Source: an uncultured archaeon | Lineage (GTDB): Archaea > Asgardarchaeota > Thorarchaeia > Thorarchaeales > Thorarchaeaceae | Reading direction: 5' to 3' | Assembly (NCBI GenBank): GCA_964648855.1 | Contig: CAZYLT010000036.1 | Coordinates: 1 to 10,970, forward strand | DNA length: 10,970 nt | In this document: positions 8,710 to 10,970 of the stretch, piece after piece | How the letters are laid out: every line of letters starts with the position of its first letter | Position numbering within the stretch: the first letter of the stretch is position 1 | The notes under the pieces: model-generated | The model's input: the letters and a program-made list of their open reading frames with translations, nothing else | Database searches by the model: none | What the model was told of the DNA's origin: nothing | Made by a program: the position numbers and the translations under genes

Positions 8710-8727
8710 CGAAGTTAAAATACTTCG
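8710..8727. promoter_or_regulatory. Inverted repeat CGAAGT-N6-ACTTCG enclosing a TATA-like TTTTAA upstream of the SORL gene
   Basis: Perfect 6-bp arms. The spacer region reads ATTTTAA on the minus strand, about 70 nt upstream of the SORL start. Confidence 0.4.
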
Positions 8728-8762
8728 CTTATCTCAAAATTAGGCAACAAGAAATCCATGAG

Positions 8763-10250
8763 CTAGCTAGAAATTTCATCCATGTGGGTTAGTACATCTC
8801 TACCCTTTTCTGTTAGAGCATAATAGACTCTAGATGTCTTTCGTATAGTCATTTCCTTTCGCGTCTTTACTATTAGTCCATTGTCTCGAAGCTCATTGAG
8901 ATGTTGATATACACTCGGAATGCTAATCTCAACATCATACTCTTCGTTCAATGTCTTCCATATACCGTATCCATATGATTCCCCGCTATAGAGAATTTGC
9001 ATGACGAGGATTTTTGTTTCCCCCAGTTTCATAGTGAATCTCGGGCCCTCGACTCTTCGAATTATATGCTTTAGATCCTCTCTGCTGCTGACAAATGATT
9101 TCGCAATATCTGGGTACTTCAATCCCGTACTGGTAATGACGCAAACCACAGTATCCGATGCAGCAATTTCTCCAGACTCCACTAACTGCTTGAGAGCTGC
9201 TATTGTAGTTGCTGATGCCGGTTCAGCAAACACGCCCTCTGTCTTTGCAAGTGTTCTAACGGCATTGAGAATCTCTTCATCTGAAACAGCTAGAGCCATC
9301 CCCTCTGATTCCCTTAAGGCTTCCAATGCAAGCTCTCCACAGGATGGATTCTTAACTCCGATGTCGATTGCTATGGTGCTTACAGATGGCGCAGGAGAAA
9401 TGCTAGTGTTCTTTTTGAATGCATCAACTATAGGAGAACACCCCTTAGCCTGCACACCAAGCAATCTGGTATCTGTTGCGCCAATAAGTCCCGCCTGAAC
9501 CAACTGCCGTAGGCCTCTCTGGGCCATTGATAGATGACCCCCGCTTCCCATAGGTACTACTAACCAGTCAGGCGTACTCCATCTCATCTGTTCAATGATT
9601 TCAAATGTGGTTGTTTTGATTCCCTCCAAGAAGTAAGGGTTTGATGACATTATGTTATGTCCGGCACCATGTTCCTTAGTCGCTTGTCTTATTGCCGCTT
9701 CATAGTCTGACACCGTTTTCACATCCGCAGCATATGCCAGTATCTGATAGAGCTTTCCTACATCCACATCTCCTCTGCTGGGAATATATACAGAACATCT
9801 CATAGATGCTCGGGCTGCATAGGCGACTACCGATGCTGCAAGGTTACCAGTAGACCAGCAATATACCTCACCCACGCCCGCCTGTCTAAGGCCGCTTATC
9901 TCAACTGCAGTCCCTCTGTCTAGAAATGAACCTGTTGGGTTGGTTGTTTCATCCTTCAGGTACAGATTATCAAGTCCCAAGGTTGATGCTAGCCTATCAG
10001 CTTTATGAAAGGAGGTTCCTCCTTCTCCCAGTGTCACTTTTTCATCAGTGCTTTCCAGAGGTAAGAAGCTGCGATATCTCCACATCCCCAAATCGAATGC
10101 ATCCTCCATCTCCCCTTGCGCTTTCTCCTTGGTTTCCTCTATATCATAGTAAATGAGAAGCAGTCCCTCGCATCTTGGGCAACTGCCTAACTGTGCACTT
10201 ATGGAGGTTTCATAGCCACATCTTGTACATATGGCACGAGGGACTGACAT
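8763..10250 (-). CDS. Threonine-synthase-like (PLP fold type II) protein lacking the Schiff-base lysine, fused to a C-terminal PadR-like winged HTH; probable transcriptional regulator
   Basis: N-terminal Zn ribbon (CTRC...CPRC), WRYRSFLP, TLGEGGT, LKDETTNPTGSFLDRG (K->L), STGN, PMGSGG, EPASA and TSTGLK. Residues from about 407 to 495 form a PadR-type wHTH: ILYSGESYGYGIWK...SVYQHLNELRDNGLI...RVYYALTEKG. Confidence 0.88.
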   Translation of the reverse strand: MSVPRAICTRCGYETSISAQLGSCPRCEGLLLIYYDIEETKEKAQGEMEDAFDLGMWRYRSFLPLESTDEKVTLGEGGTSFHKADRLASTLGLDNLYLKDETTNPTGSFLDRGTAVEISGLRQAGVGEVYCWSTGNLAASVVAYAARASMRCSVYIPSRGDVDVGKLYQILAYAADVKTVSDYEAAIRQATKEHGAGHNIMSSNPYFLEGIKTTTFEIIEQMRWSTPDWLVVPMGSGGHLSMAQRGLRQLVQAGLIGATDTRLLGVQAKGCSPIVDAFKKNTSISPAPSVSTIAIDIGVKNPSCGELALEALRESEGMALAVSDEEILNAVRTLAKTEGVFAEPASATTIAALKQLVESGEIAASDTVVCVITSTGLKYPDIAKSFVSSREDLKHIIRRVEGPRFTMKLGETKILVMQILYSGESYGYGIWKTLNEEYDVEISIPSVYQHLNELRDNGLIVKTRKEMTIRKTSRVYYALTEKGRDVLTHMDEISS

Positions 10251-10258
10251 TACATATC

Positions 10259-10293
10259 AAACCTATATATAGGCTCAAGATTATATATAGTTT
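10259..10293. promoter_or_regulatory. Two interlocked, oppositely oriented BRE-TATA elements (divergent promoter)
   Basis: Plus strand AAACC-TATATATA (10259-10271) faces the ECF gene. Minus strand GAAAC-TATATATA (10294-10282) faces the ThrC-like/PadR gene, with the TATA 32-39 nt upstream of its ATG. Confidence 0.6.
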
Positions 10294-10295
10294 CA

Positions 10296-10341
10296 GCTCA
10301 TTGTGTGAGTGAACCAGTGGGCTACTAGAATGCTCATTGTG
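10296..10341 (+). repeat. 10-bp direct repeat GCTCATTGTG x2 (36-bp period), candidate operator
   Basis: Exact copies at 10296-10305 and 10332-10341. The second copy runs into the GGAGA RBS of the ECF gene. Confidence 0.5.
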
Positions 10342-10355
10342 GAGACGAACGCACC

Positions 10356-10925
10356 TTGAAATACCGTAGAAACAGTTTCAATACATCCCTATTTGTAGCC
10401 CTAACAGCAGTCATGTCTGGATTAGTGACAGTTTCCACCGCCATAATCGCAATTCCATTTCCAACTAGTACTGGCTATCTGAATTTTGGCGATACACTGG
10501 TGATGATTTCAGCCATGCTTCTTGGTCCCCTTGGGGGATTCATTGCAGGCGGTCTGGGGTCTGCTCTCGCTGATGTCTCGTTGGGTTATCTCGCCTTTGC
10601 ACCTCTTACATTCGTCGTCAAAGGCGCTGAGGGTTTCCTGGTAGGGCTGATTTCCAAAAGAACCAATGAATTCGGAAAACTCGGTGCTCGTGATCTAGCC
10701 GGACTCATTATTGGCGGAATTATCATGATGCTAGGGTATTTCATTGGTGAGGTTTTTCTTTTTGGTTATGAAGCAGCCTTAGCCGAACTCCTATTCCTTA
10801 ACTGGATTCAGGCTGTTTCCGGAATAGTTGTCGCTGCCTTGGTAGGACCTAAAGTTCGGGAATATCTGGTACAATCAACGGGTAACAATGGGTCACTACA
10901 AGCTGAAGAAGACGTAGAAGGGTGA
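10356..10925 (+). CDS. ECF transporter S-component (substrate-binding subunit), HmpT/PdxU-like group
   Basis: 189 aa with 5-6 TM helices, AxxxA-type helix 1 and the signature IPFPTSTGYLNFGD...LLGP..G...GGLGSALAD...GY...AP.T...KG.EG. TTG start with GGAGA 10 nt upstream. Confidence 0.9.
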   Translation: MKYRRNSFNTSLFVALTAVMSGLVTVSTAIIAIPFPTSTGYLNFGDTLVMISAMLLGPLGGFIAGGLGSALADVSLGYLAFAPLTFVVKGAEGFLVGLISKRTNEFGKLGARDLAGLIIGGIIMMLGYFIGEVFLFGYEAALAELLFLNWIQAVSGIVVAALVGPKVREYLVQSTGNNGSLQAEEDVEG

Positions 10926-10970
10926 CGATAGTAGACAGATTTAATACCTTCTGTGGTCAAATAATGTAAT

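Noticed and set aside
9001-9498. 165-aa plus-strand ORF (and 9926..10156)
   Set aside because: Antisense shadow of the ThrC-like/PadR gene.
8763-10250. Annotation as a functional threonine synthase (thrC)
   Set aside because: The PLP-binding lysine is replaced by Leu and a DNA-binding domain is fused, so the gene symbol is withheld.
10291-10355. Riboswitch upstream of the ECF S-component
   Set aside because: The leader is only about 60 nt and shows no TPP, FMN, cobalamin or other aptamer consensus that I recognise.

Overview
Gene-dense window of archaeal character: TATA/BRE-type promoters, GGAG/GAGGTG ribosome-binding sites, a 1Fe superoxide-reductase-like gene, a Zn-ribbon threonine-synthase-like protein and several uncharacterised membrane proteins. 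Gene content is most reminiscent of Asgard archaea such as Thorarchaeia; this is my inference and is untested. In order it encodes a classical SDR oxidoreductase (-), a HEAT-repeat protein (+), a full-length single-chain bacterial-type transketolase (-), a C-terminally anchored, probably N-glycosylated surface protein (-), three membrane proteins and one small soluble protein of unknown function (+), a class II SORL/neelaredoxin protein (-), a threonine-synthase-like protein fused to a PadR-like winged helix (-) and an ECF transporter S-component (+). The strongest lead is at the right end. The threonine-synthase-like domain has lost the PLP Schiff-base lysine (NPTGSF-L-DRG instead of NPTGSF-K-DRG) and carries a DNA-binding domain. 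It sits head-to-head with an HmpT/PdxU-like S-component across two interlocked, oppositely oriented BRE-TATA elements and a 10-bp direct repeat. This suggests a pseudoenzyme one-component transcription factor that senses a vitamin B6 vitamer or related metabolite and controls a vitamin importer. No rRNA, tRNA, CRISPR array or mobile element was recognised.
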